61,658 bases of DNA. Source: Basidiobolus ranarum (taxonomy: Eukaryota). The notes beneath the pieces were generated by a model that saw nothing but the letters and a program-made list of their open reading frames with translations, made no database searches and was not told where the DNA came from. The stretch lies in the NCBI GenBank assembly GCA_040143965.1, contig JASJQH010006881.1, positions 1 through 61,658 on the forward strand, given 5' to 3'. The translations under genes and the position numbers were made by a program. Below are positions 25,008 to 37,941 of the stretch, piece after piece. Position 1 is the stretch's first letter; the number at the start of each line of letters is the position of its first letter.

Positions 25008-28000
25008 TTAGATTGGAACCAGTGGATTGGTAGCTATAACGTTGATAATCGCTGGTGACTTACTAATATTCGAGGTGATCAGTACTTTGACATTTCCCAG
25101 GATTCTAATAGTTTGGATATCTCCGCTGAGTTCAATGTCTTGGTTAGAATCAAAGAATTTGTTTTGAGAGGGTTGCAACTTGGGAATGTCTTCTTCAGGC
25201 TTCACACTAGGCGTTGTTTTAGCCATTTTTTCAATATCGTCTTCAAAATGTATTTCTTCGTCTTCGTAAGATTCCTCAAGTGGATCGTCAAAATCAATAC
25301 CAGAAAGATGAGCATAATCTTCTTCATCACCGCTAATATCGCCATCCATATCATCAAGACATGCATCGTCAAAGCTTATATCTTGCAGTAACTCAGTCAG
25401 ATCTTCACTAGGTTCATCTTTAGGAATATGAACTTGAGTGTCTTTCTTCCATTGAATCTTGAATGTCTTGTTGTCTGAATCCCAATTTGAACTCTCAACT
25501 GGAAGTTTATCTATGTAGATTCGCTGTTCGATTCCAAACTCTGGAACCAAAACATCGAATCCTTTTTCAACGACATCAATAACAACAGCATTACAAACGA
25601 TGGGGCCGTGAGACTGGGTAAGATTGTACAAGTACACTGCCAAGTATATATGGCTACTCATCTCTTGAGCATTCTTTGCTGCGTCCTTCTTGGTGTTACA
25701 ATTATCCGCTATCTTCTGTATCTTGTCAGCAGGCAATTGGAATTCTTCGTTGCCGAGCAAAATGCTTTGGAGTTCCCGATGAACAATCACATCGGCATAT
25801 CTACGAATAGGCGATGTAAAGTGTGTGTAAAGAGGCACACTCAAGGCGTAATGTTGGTATTTGCTAGGATCTAGAGATCCAGCACAAAAGTATTTAGCAC
25901 GTTGCATTGGTTTGATACAGAGTGCTTGTAGAACGTGCTTAATGGAGGGTGAATCGATGGAATTTAAAGATTCTTGAAGGGCCCCGGCAGTGTCGGAATT
26001 GATATCGTATCCAAGATCCTTGGCAATCTTAACAAACTCGGACATTCTTTTTTCGAGTGGAGGTGCGTGTCTACGTAGAAACGCTTGCTCGGGGTATGCA
26101 GCGGTTATTTTCTGAGCGACGCTGATATTAGCAAGAAGCATGAATTCTTCAATAAGACGATTACTTTCTTTAAGATCATAGACTTGACAAGTTATTGGGA
26201 TTCCATCAGAGTCGAGATGGAAATTAAGTCTTATGGAGTTGATCGAAAGTGCTCCATTTTCAAAGCGGCGCTTACGCATGATTTGAGAAAGATTGTAGAA
26301 TGTTTTGATGTCAGATTCGACCTCATTTTTGGGCTGATTATATAGAGTGACATTTGGATCGAGGGGATTGCCAAGAATCACCTCTTGTGCTTGCTCATAA
26401 GCCAGTCTGCAACATGAGCTGATAACTGTTCTTCCAAACCATACATCAAGCACCTTGGCATCTGGTGTCATTTTCCACATAACAGAAAAGGCTAATCGAT
26501 CCACACCGGGATTTAAACTGCAGAGATCTTGACATAGTACATTGGGTAACATTGGTATAGCTTTTTGAACAAGGTATACCGTCGTGGCTCGAAGTTTTGC
26601 TTCGCGATCCAGGGCGGTGTCGGGTTTAACGAAGAAAGAGACATCGGCAATATGAACACCAATTTCAAGGTTCCCGTCTGGAAGTCTGCGACAAGAAACA
26701 GCATCATCTAAATCCTTGGCGGTGGCAGGATCAATGGTGAAAATCCTCTCTTGGCGCAAGTCTCTTCTACGTTGTATTTCAGTCTCCGGTATTGTCCACG
26801 GAGTCTGTGGTAAACACTTTTTGACTTGGGAACTAAAATCATCCGTACGAACGTTGTTATCGGCAAGCAAGGCCTCAGTCTCGGTAAGAACATTTCCAAT
26901 TGTACCAACTTTACGAACAATCTTTCCGAAAGGAAACATACTGCTTGATGCCCAATGCTTAATTGATGCAACAACTATTTGATTTCTGTATGCTTCAGGA
27001 TCCTTGAAGAAGTCTTTTGGGATATCCTCAGAGGGGATTATGATATACGGCACACGTTTATCTGCAGGTATAAACCAGGCCACTTCGGCATTTCCTTTTC
27101 TTCTATTATTCGAGGGATCTCCTTGGCCATTAGGTCTGTCAAGCATCAGTACTCCTGAGTATTTATTTCCATCTCCACGCTCAAAAATATAAACAACCTC
27201 TCCAAACAGTAATTTCGCCTCATTTTCAACTATTTGACACAATTAAGTTAGCGGTTAATAAGTCTAAACATAGCCAGCTTACATACCATCATACAAAACG
27301 CGGCCTCGTTTTTCCGCATCCAAGACCCGCTGCTCCTTAGCATGATCTAGCTTCTCGCCACTTAAAAGAACCACAGCAACAGAATCACCATTCAATGCGC
27401 GATTACGAAGGCGGGCTCCGCATATATAGATATCCTGCTCAAAAGCGTCTGATGTAACATAAGCATCTGAGCGGTTTCTCTTGTTGATGCGAAGTATCCC
27501 TTGATGTATAAGTTTCTTTTCTAATGCAGCTTTCAAAGCATTGGGGGTCAGGTATTCTTCATAGATACATCTGCGTCTACTTCTTCGAGAATGGGACGTG
27601 GGTGTGGCATCTTGAAATACAATATTAAAATTTACACCCTATAATTCTGAATTACAATGCCACTTACCAGTTGTAGAATGTTTGGGAGTACGTTCAGATC
27701 TTTTAGAAGCTGATTTCAGACGATCTAAAAATTGGAATTGAAATTGGAATTGGCCTGCATGAATAAATATAAAAATGCCTAGTGGTAGATGTTGCTCGTA
27801 CCTTGAGATTTGGGTGTTTTTTTATCCCCTAATTCATTTTTCTGACGACTTTGCTTGCGTGGGGTTCTATTTTCACTCAGAGAATGCTCTTGAGCCAATT
27901 CCTTGTTAGCTTTCATTGTAGGCCGTTGAGCATGTGTACTGGTTGAATTTTTTCCTCTTGTTTTCCTACTTTCTTCTTTTTTGGTTATGAGTTCAGTATC

Positions 28001-28789
28001 ACCTCTTTGTTCGGCAGAATTCTCCGATAAATCAAGTGTTTTTGCAGTGCTACTCTCTTCCCTCTGTAAATCGAGGCTCTCTTTTGCTTTATCACTCTTG
28101 GCTTTTTCAGAAGACTTGTCGTTAGCTTTATCCTTTGATTCTGACTTGGTAGTAGTTTTCCTGGGTGTGCGAGGCTTAGTCTCTCTGCTTTTTTTGTTAG
28201 ATTTAGCTGACGATTTTGATGAAGTTGTTTGACTATTATTAGTTTCGGTTGCATTCAGACTAATATTTATCAAGGAGCTAGTGAGATTCTCAACATCGTG
28301 TTCAATTACTTGGGTGGGTTTTTTATCTCCCTTTTGCTTTGAACGAGGTTTAGAAATATTTTTTTCCTTGGTGACTTGACCGGCTTCGTTTGTTTCTGTC
28401 GCAACATCCTCTGGTGGTATTTCAAGTACTTTGTTGTCCTTGTTTGGATTTATCTTTCTGGTTCGTTTCGGCTTGTTACTGCTCGATAAGCTGGATTGAG
28501 AGTTCAAAGTACTATAGTCAAACGGAACAGCATGGTGATCTTCATTGAAAGTGGTTTTGCTGGAGTTTAGTTCTTTCTTCGTAACACCTTTGGCCTTAGA
28601 AGGGGTTTTTTGGCTTTTCTTGGAAGGTCTACTAGTGGTCTCCTGACTGGAAATGACGCTCAACGTATCATAGTCTATGATCTCTAGTTCGGTAGAGTTA
28701 TTAGTTGGGAAGGGTGAAGGTGAGTCGGAAAATAACTTTCGGGAAGTTTTAGAACCTCGAGAAGAGGAGTCTCTGTTTGAAATATTCAT
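25008..28789 (-). CDS. DIS3L2: DIS3-like exonuclease 2 (RNase II/RNB family), 4 exons
   Basis: CSD motif GILRINKRNRSDAYV...RNRALNGD; RNB motifs FTIDPATAKDLDDA and YTHFTSPIRRYAD; no PIN domain. Confidence 0.88.
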
Positions 28790-29561
28790 TAACAGTTACT
28801 AAAGGAAAACGGACAATATCGAATATAAGCTAAAGAAACTAAAAAAATCACTGATAATTGGAAAATGTAGTATTATGAAAGTTACCAAGAATCGCTATTT
28901 ATGGATGTAAAATATCTTTCAAGTTCATTGGAATCACTACGCATATGCATTTGTATTTTCTAAATTCATCTGAGTTATGGTAATAGATTCGTTTTTGAAT
29001 GAACTAATTTGGTATACCGCAATTCCGTTTGGCTAAATTATGGGTATTTCCCCCCCCGTTAAAGTTAAACAAGTTAGAGTGCGATAATATTCTCTACTGC
29101 GTCATCAGTAAAACTAAATGGAAATCGCTCAAGCTTCCTCTTTGTTAGAATGAATATCGATACTTCACACGATTTTGACACTCTTTGAGAGAGAACACAG
29201 ATCGGATGGTTACGCAGCGGTAATCGGTTATCGATTACCGTGATTTATAGTCTTTCATGTAAGCGGGAGAAAACATGACCTATCGCGAAGAATATTGTAT
29301 ATTATTAAATAGTCACACACTGATTGGTAAAATAACAATAAGATGACTTTGAATTAAAAATATCCATAGATCCATTGCAGACAGCAACAAATTGTATATC
29401 AAGTATAATATCTAGATAAGCTGTCTTGAACGAAAACTGATTAGTTCCTTTAACCTGCACATAAAAGCTACTTCTTCCTTACTTGCTTTTCTTTTGTTAA
29501 ATTTACTTTAATCCTTCTGTATAACACTAATTCTTTTTGTCTAAATTTCTTCCCTTTTCTT

Positions 29562-30613
29562 ATGACTTCCGATGCTATCAAGCATACTGACCATGGTGAC
29601 CGTAAGCTTGTCACTTTCTCGGTATCTTTTTATATAGTGACGGCATTGGTGATGGTTCTTGTGAACAAAGTAAGTCAGTAATGTTTCAGTTTGTTAAAAG
29701 TTTCCTGACTCAAATGTATATTCTATAGTGGGTTTTAAACATCGTCTCTGTACCCATCACTTTTTTATGGGCTCAAATTGCCCTAGCGGTGGTTTTCTTT
29801 CACCTAAGTAGTGTATTTAATCTCTTTGTAATCCCTAAGCTGAATCTTCGTACTTGTATTTCACTTACTCCATTGATTACTATCAACGTTGTTGGACTTA
29901 CCTTCAATACCCTTTGCCTACAATATCTTGATGCGTCTTTTTATCAAGTGGCTCGTTCTTTGGTCTTACCCTTTACTGTGGCCCTGAGTTGGCTCTTTCT
30001 AAAAAAGAAATCCTCCACTATGGCTAGTCTGGCCTGCGGTATAATATGTGGTGGATTTATGGTGGGTGTACGGGGAGAGGTGACCTCCCTTGATGTTTCT
30101 TACACTGGAGTTATTTTCGGAGTTATTTCTAGTATAACCACTGCCGCTCACGCCATTATCATCAAAAAATCCCTCGAAGTGGTGAATAATAATACAATGG
30201 AATTGGTTTATTACAACAATTTCCTCTCGGCACTTACTTTAATCCCAGTTATCTTTCTAAATAGTGAAATTCAAGGCTTATTCTCACTATTTGGATCCCA
30301 AGAAAATCATCTACTTGTTTATACTTTCGTCATCGGTGTGTTGGTCACTGGATTCTTTGGCTTCTTGATTAATATCGCTGGCTTCTTACAAATCAAGGTC
30401 ACTTCCCCTGTCTCTCACATGATCTCTTCCGCTGTTCGTGGAGTCCTACAAACTATCCTGGCCGTTTACTTCTTTGGTGATGACTTGACCGGCTCGCGTG
30501 TCTTTGGAATTGCATTGATTTTAATTGGAAGTACTTTCTATACCTACATCAAAGATTCCGAATTTAGACGAGATGAGATAATCAAATCTAAAGATGCCGG
30601 GGAAAAAGTGTAA
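29562..30613 (+). CDS. Nucleotide-sugar transporter, GDP-fucose transporter (SLC35C1)-like, 2 exons
   Basis: FY.V...MVLVNK-W, FNTLCLQYLDASFYQVARSL, YYNN, QIKVTSPVSHMISS; multiple TM helices. Confidence 0.8.
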
Positions 30614-30921
30614 CCAAAAAAGCCCCCCTATTTTCATGATCACTTGTAAAATCCAACCTTTCTCCTTCTCTTGGCAACCCGATTTTGTCTTTAGAATTCG
30701 GTGTCCATCCAGGCAGTATTTCAAAATAGAACAGTTGTTTATTTGTACACATTTGAGATGCCCTTGAACATTTATTAGTGTTTTTCCGATAAACATAAAA
30801 TAACAAGTTAAATAACGTATATATCTACTAGAAAAGTTGGGATAGTAATATTGTGTGAAATCGATATGAAAACCCGGAATTTTTGTAGCTAGCTCTTTTC
30901 ATATGTATGCTCTTCACATTT

Positions 30922-33900
30922 CTACATCCCACAGCTTTCCCGTACCATTTCGATGAGTCGTTTGACACCAACCATCCAAGGTACTAAAGTATCAGACTTG
31001 GTAACCAGGTCTACATGGATCTTGTGCGCGGTATTGAAGTCACGCATTTCCAACGCTAGTAATGACAGTGTTAGAAAATCTACTTTCCGCATTGTATCTT
31101 GCCATGTTAGAACATACCTTGGGTTAATGCAAGCATTTGATCAATCACGTCCGAATTAAGTTTTTCATAATTCAAAGCATCAAATAGGTTGCCAAGTCGT
31201 TTTTCAACATCATCCACCTTCTTCTTTTGATTGGGCTTATGAATTAATAAACAAGATTAGAAATCACTTCTATTGTTGCGATTAGGTAGTATCATCACTT
31301 ACGGGTGAACTTTGCTTGATACGCTGCAACTCACTGTTAAGCATGGTGAAGATAGGCTTATGAGCTGCAGGTATTTTAGAGCGATCTCCAGGTGCTATTG
31401 AGGGGAATAATAGGTAATTTAGCTTGATGTTATTGTGAATCAAAATATGTTTTCTGATCGGTTGCTTACGATATTTTGGTTGGGGAGGAGCTTGTGGTGC
31501 AGGAGCAACATTGTTCTGAGGTGGATTGTATGAAGCTGCAGGCATAGACTGCTGGGGAGCAGCTCGGACGTTGGGTGCGACTGGTTCGTCATTGTTTGGC
31601 AATGATGCTGGTCGATAGGGCCTTCCTTGAGCATTATTCATGCCGTTGTACGCACTACCATAGCCAGGCCCAGGGTTAGGAATATTGGTGTTATACTGAG
31701 TAGCCCCGTACATTGGCTGTTGTTGATTCCTCGACTGATTATTATTGATAAACTGTTGAGCTTGAGGTTCAGATGTCTGATTCGCATACCCTGTACCTGG
31801 TTGTGAAGGTGGAGGAGGGAGAGTGCGACCGCCCATCGGAGGTGAAAAGGCAGGTTGACCAGGTGATGTGGCATTGGGGGCGGCGTTAGGGAATGGTGAG
31901 GTAATGGGGTTTACCTTAGGTGTTTGATTTCTCTTAGCAGTAGTTAAAGTTTCCAGAGGAGGGTCATTCCATGCAGGAATATTACGTTGTTGCGAAGGTG
32001 GAACCGAAGGTGACGCACCCCGAGTAGTTGGAGGTGGTTGAGTTGGATAAGCAGAGTTGAATGTGGGGGGAGCATTATAACCTGGGACATATGGCTGTTG
32101 TACCGGTTGCTGTTGATAACCACCATAAGCTCCGGGATTATAACCCGCGGAATTATTGTAGTTATCATACGGCATTGAGTTATTCATGGTATTTTGTACA
32201 GGTTGTGTAGCATATGCTGGTTGATATGTTTGAGCTTGAGCTTGAGGTTGATAATTAAATTGATTACCGTATGGAGCGTTCTGATTGTACATCTGTTGGT
32301 GAGGTTGTTGCGGTGGTTGGAATCCTGAATCACCTTGAGGGATTTGAGGAGCAGGAACAGTAGTATTGGCAGAAGGTACGTTAGTGGCAGTAGTAGTATT
32401 ACTAGCAACTGGTGCCTGTACTGGTTCTGGTTCAACAGGCTGAGTCTCAGTATATTGAGGATATTCACCTTCACCGCCGATGAATACAGGCTCGAAAGGA
32501 AATTGAGGGGCAGTCATATCAGTAACATCTACTCCTGAATGATATAGTCTTTCTCTGAGTATAGTATAAAACTCATTAAGACCATCACCTTTATCGATTA
32601 CATTGCTAGGCGTGCGATTTAGATATCTAACAGCAGTAGCCAACTCCCCTTGGGAGATCATAAGTTCCGCATACTCCAAGTATTTCTCATAAAGAGGAGA
32701 AAGATTTTGAGTATTACTCACATGATTCTGAGTATCATTAGCGTCACCCTCTGAATTGTTAGTCAACGATTCGACTTTCTCAACAGCCTTTCTGAAAACG
32801 GAGATTTTTTCAATAAAATCTTGTAACAAAGTAGCATGGCACGAGTATTCTGATCCAATTGATTCGCTGTCTTCACTGCTCGCTAGAGCTTTAATAGCGG
32901 TAGATTCGGTTTCTTTATATTGGGTAATCCAGATGTCAACAACTCGTTCGATATTTCCAGCTGCAAGATAACAAAGAATTGCTTGTTGTCTAAGTTCTCC
33001 GGATTTCTCATTGGAATCTTCATCTTTGGATACTCTGTGCCATTCAGCCTCGATTCTTTGACCCAACCTTTCACAAAGGCCAGGAAATTCTTCAGCACGC
33101 GAGTAAGTGCAAAGAATGACGAGAATCTCATTCCATTCACTCAGGTCAGCATTCTCAACGACATCGGTCAAGTCACCAGTAATAACACTTTGAAGAACAC
33201 GGATATATGGTGTAGTTTTGCTCATACGCACAAAATAAGCCTCCTGGGTACGTGATAGTAGTTCTGGCCCACCGCATACCGCAAGAATGAGAGCATCAGA
33301 CAATCTATCCTTGTCTAAACATATATTAACTGCGGATTCGAAGTCTCCTAGAGTAATAGCACGAGTGATAAGTTGGTCAATATCGGTATTTTCCTGAGGG
33401 TTGATTTTGAAAGGAGATCTAGGGATCACTTTCTTCTTGGTGGAGTCGGAAGCATTCGTGTCAGCGGACTGTGGTTCAGTCTGGTTCTTAAAAAAGTCAT
33501 TGCGAGCAACATTGTCATCATCACCAGAGAATGAGAACAATTCAGAAATACTTTCTTTACCATCGTCAGTGATGGCAGGTTCAGCTTGAGCATCTCCAGC
33601 TTCATCATTCTCAGAGCCTGAAGCTTTTTCCTCCGGTTTTTCAGTAGTTTCAGTAGGTTCAGTGTCGTCTTTGTTGGCAGAGACATTCAACTTGCCTAAT
33701 TTTTCTGCAACCTCAGAGATAAGCTCCGTTTTCTCAAATCCTAGATGCTTGACAAGTTGATCTCTGGCATCACTCTCGAATAGAATTCTCAAGATCTTCC
33801 AATTTTCTTGCTCGACATGATTTTTTGTTTGAGAGCGCTTATCACAAAATTCTTGAACAGTCTCGGATTCAAGAGCGCTCTCTAATTCTTTGGAGCGCTT

Positions 33901-35722
33901 GACAATTTCTGGTTCAGTAATAGCAGTTGCAATAGTCACTGTTTGTGTGGTAGTACTTTGTGCAGCTTGGCCGTTCCTGAACATAACAAGTTTTCCGCCA
34001 AATGCAAAAGTAGCGCCAACAGGTGGTCTAAGCCACTTCGGAGCTTGCTTTAAAGTGAACGATGGAGATACAGGAGCTGGCGTGCTCTGGGCAGCGAAGG
34101 GATCATCACTTTGCTGAGTCTCTAGAGCAGTATTTAATGACGTTGCTTCAGAAGCAGCAGATTGCAACGAAAAGATGTTAATCTAAACATAAAACTAAGT
34201 TAAGCCGGATGATGATGTAACATAGGCAGAATGAACTGTAAATACTTGGCCATCAAAGGAAGCAGTACTCAATAGATTAGGGTTTCTGGGACACCATTGA
34301 ACATCAAAGGTCCAATTTGAGCTTTGTGGTAACTAAAAATGATATTCTATAAGAATTTTCCAACAATGGAACAGAGATTCCTTCGAAATACGTTACCTCT
34401 CCAACAACTTCCCCGACTCTGGGATTCCAGCATAATGTTCTACAATCCTTTCCGGAACTTAATAAAAGGTCAGAATCCATTCTACACCATGATAGAGAGA
34501 GAATGCCTTTTGTATGACCAGATAGAATCTATAAAGAAATGTTAGAATTTGTGCAAGAAGGAAATGTGATATATAAGAGAGATACCTTTTCTGGTGCGTG
34601 TGCATTTCTTAAATCCCACATCATTATGATAGGGTTGCTATCGTCTTCAGATGCAGTAACGAGTTGAGTGGCCTATGAGGTAAGTTTTGTTAGCTGTGCA
34701 TAGAAAATGTATAAGATACAAAAGAACACTTACATTATCTGGATTCCACGCAACCGCGGTGATCCCTCTTCTTCCTCCACCGAATCCACCCATGTTTGGC
34801 ATAGATGTGCCAGGATAAGCTAAATGCATAACCTCTCGACGATTTTTCAGGTCCCACACAACCGTATATCCTGTTGTAGAGGAAGTAGCCAAAATGTGCT
34901 GAACCTGGTTATTCCACGATAAACAAGTAATATCATCTAGTCTTTGAGAACGTGGACCAGGTGAATAAGGTGTAGTAGGATTACTAAGATCCCAGATAAA
35001 AATCTGATGCAGATATTCATTTAGTACCATAACTCATAAATGAGTAAAACCAAATGATATTACCTCCCCATTACCGGCTGCAGAGGCCAAAAGGTTAGAT
35101 TGAAATGGATTAAACTCTAAGCCACTCACGGAACCAGAGTGGTTAGAGTTGCGTAGTAACAACGCTTTTTCTGGATCTCTATTGGTGTGAAAAGAATGTG
35201 TGAAAAGGAACTCTATCACTGCTCATGATAAACAATATTACTTACTTTGGACCTTCAATAAGGTCACCAGCATTCCACAGAACTAGCTCGCCACTTTCTA
35301 AACCTCCCGCAAGTATACCATGAGGTTTATCTTCGTTTATTCCACCCCAAGCGAGGCGATTGAACCTAATAAATTGAAGAATTGAGTATTTTCCTGAGAT
35401 ATTACTAGCATTGTGTTTTGCTAAGATATAACAAGTCACAGTATACTAAATAGCCACCAGCTGAGCTAGAATTACACCGTCAAAGAAGAAATACAAACTG
35501 AATACCAACATACCTGGCCTCGCTACTAATAGCAACCTCCGGTTTCCATTCATCAACTGTAGGAGATTTGTCATTGAGGTCCAATTTGAAAATCTCCAGT
35601 TCAGTTGTATTTGAAAAAGAAGCATCAAGGGCACCAGCCACGGTACCAGTTGCAATGTAAGTCTGGTTTTGATGTGGACTCCATGCAAGAGTTGATGTGC
35701 GTTTGATTTCTTTGAACTTCAT
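30922..35722 (-). CDS. SEC31: COPII outer coat protein Sec31, multi-exon
   Basis: [16 protein letters not shown]...[16 protein letters not shown]40 repeats; [20 protein letters not shown]; Pro-rich region with AWNDPP; C-terminal [11 protein letters not shown]. Confidence 0.95.
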
Positions 35723-36620
35723 TCGAAGATGCGCAAGTTATTGAAAATTAATATTTTTACTTTGAGAACTCGTAGAGCCAAGTTCTATGTGTGAGAATTG
35801 GAACAGAAATATAAAGGGGAAAAGAAACAGTTGTCAAACCCAAGTTCAAGTTACTGTAATAATAATTATAAGGACTGGCACTCACATATTTGGATACCAA
35901 AATTATATTAGCATGAACGACCATTGTTCTGATGTATTACCCTAATTCACTCAATACGTGGCATCATCTTAATACCTGCCAATGAGTTGGCTCTGAAGGA
36001 TTGGCTGATCAAGTTGTTAGAGCATATATGAGCCCTGTAGTTTTTCTGACAATTATGATTTATTTAAAGGCTTAGCATAGAAACGATATCAAAATCATCG
36101 CCAAATCATCATCAAATTCATCACTTCAGCTCTCATGTAATATAACCAGATAATCAATATTAATCATGGCTTTTTGCTATAAAAGGCGTAAATATATCTA
36201 AGAACAATCCTAGCAGTATTACGTATTACTCCCTGATTCCGCTCTTTTACCGCGCTCCTATGCTTTCATATATTCTTTGTAGTTCTATTTAGCAACTACC
36301 ATCAAGAGAATCTAAGAAATAGATTAAACTGCGAATACACAGTGAAGATGGTAAATCACTGCTGGTTGTATCGTTGTTGCAATTTGTCATGAATTATGTT
36401 TCAGTACGCTCAAGATATGCTTATTTTAACATTATATGAATAAAAATCCATGGTGTTTAAAAAAATTCATCCAAGTGGACAGGGGACCTCTAGGGTAAGA
36501 CGTAATCATTTTTGTAATGCGTATTGACAATTTCCGATATTCAAGAGTTGTGGAAAGTTATTGAGAGTGAAATATTCATAGTAATTGGTGTTGAATATCT
36601 AGAGAAGAAATACTTGCATT

Positions 36621-37578
36621 ATGTCTGATCGTTACAGTTTTTCACTTACCACTTTTTCACCTTCTGGAAAGCTTGTTCAGATTGAATACGCTCTCAATGC
36701 CGTCGCTCAAGGTGTTACCAGTATCGGAATCAAAGGTGTGTTTTAACGTGAAATTTCCTTATCTTTAGACAAACATGGAAGATTTCGATATCCCCTTTTC
36801 ACCCAACCAACATATAACATCTTTTTAACCATTTAATTACGTCTAATAGCTGCGAACGGAATTGTCATTGCTACCGAAAAGAAAACCGCTTCTCCGCTTA
36901 TCGATTCTACCACTGTAGAAAAAATTTCTACTATTTGTCCAAATGTTGGGCTAGTATACTCTGGTATGGGTCCAGATGCCAGAGTATTAGTTAATAAAGC
37001 TAGAAAGAGCGCGCAAACTTATCGTCGAGTGTATCAAGAAGATCCAACAAATACCATGTTGGTAAAGGATGTTGCCAGTGTGATGCAAGAATTCACTCAG
37101 CGAGGGTATGTCTTCAAACAAAAACACTAATTCTGTTCAGTCATTGATATGCTATTGTAAATTGTAGTGGTGTACGTCCATTTGGCGTATCGTTGCTAGT
37201 TGCTGGTTACGACGAGGGTGGTCCTTCACTCTATCAAGTTGATCCTTCAGGTTCTTACTGGGCATGGAAGGCCACTGCCATCGGAAAGAACATGGTGAAT
37301 GCCAAGACTTTCCTTGAAAAAAGGTACACTGGCTTTGCTATAAATTTGATCATTGATATGACATGTAACGTTTCATTATTTTAAGATACAACGAAGAAAT
37401 GGAATTAGATGATGCTATCCATACCGCCATTCTTACTTTGAAGGAAGGATATGAAGGTGAGATGACGGAACACTCTATTGAGATTGGTATTATCGGTGGT
37501 GGTGACTCGGAGGAGCATCGCAAGTTCAGAAAATTAACAGTCAATGAAGTCAAAGACTACTTGACCAACATCGCCTAA
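36621..37578 (+). CDS. PRE8: 20S proteasome subunit alpha type-2, 4 exons
   Basis: [62 protein letters not shown]. Confidence 0.96.
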
Positions 37579-37941
37579 ATATACCGTTAATTTTATGTAA
37601 CCATCAACCATGTAAACCCCTCACACCCACACCCACCCTCTTCCTTCCCCACTCATCCCTGGCAGACTATGTAAAAGATACAAAACTATTTACTAAATTT
37701 TTATATGTAAATGCTAAACTGTCTTTCAAACTAGTCACGAACATTCAAAGCAATTTAAGAATTATTATTATCTATTTGATGCATTTTTTGTCTCTGGCTA
37801 TCTGATAGTCGAGCAACATAAGGGTGTCTTTAACAAAAATGTTGTGATGTAAGAAAAGATAATTGATTCGGGTCGAGAAATATGCTACAGGATTAATGTG
37901 TACAATGAATCGAAACGAAGAATTGGGAGTACAGCACACGT

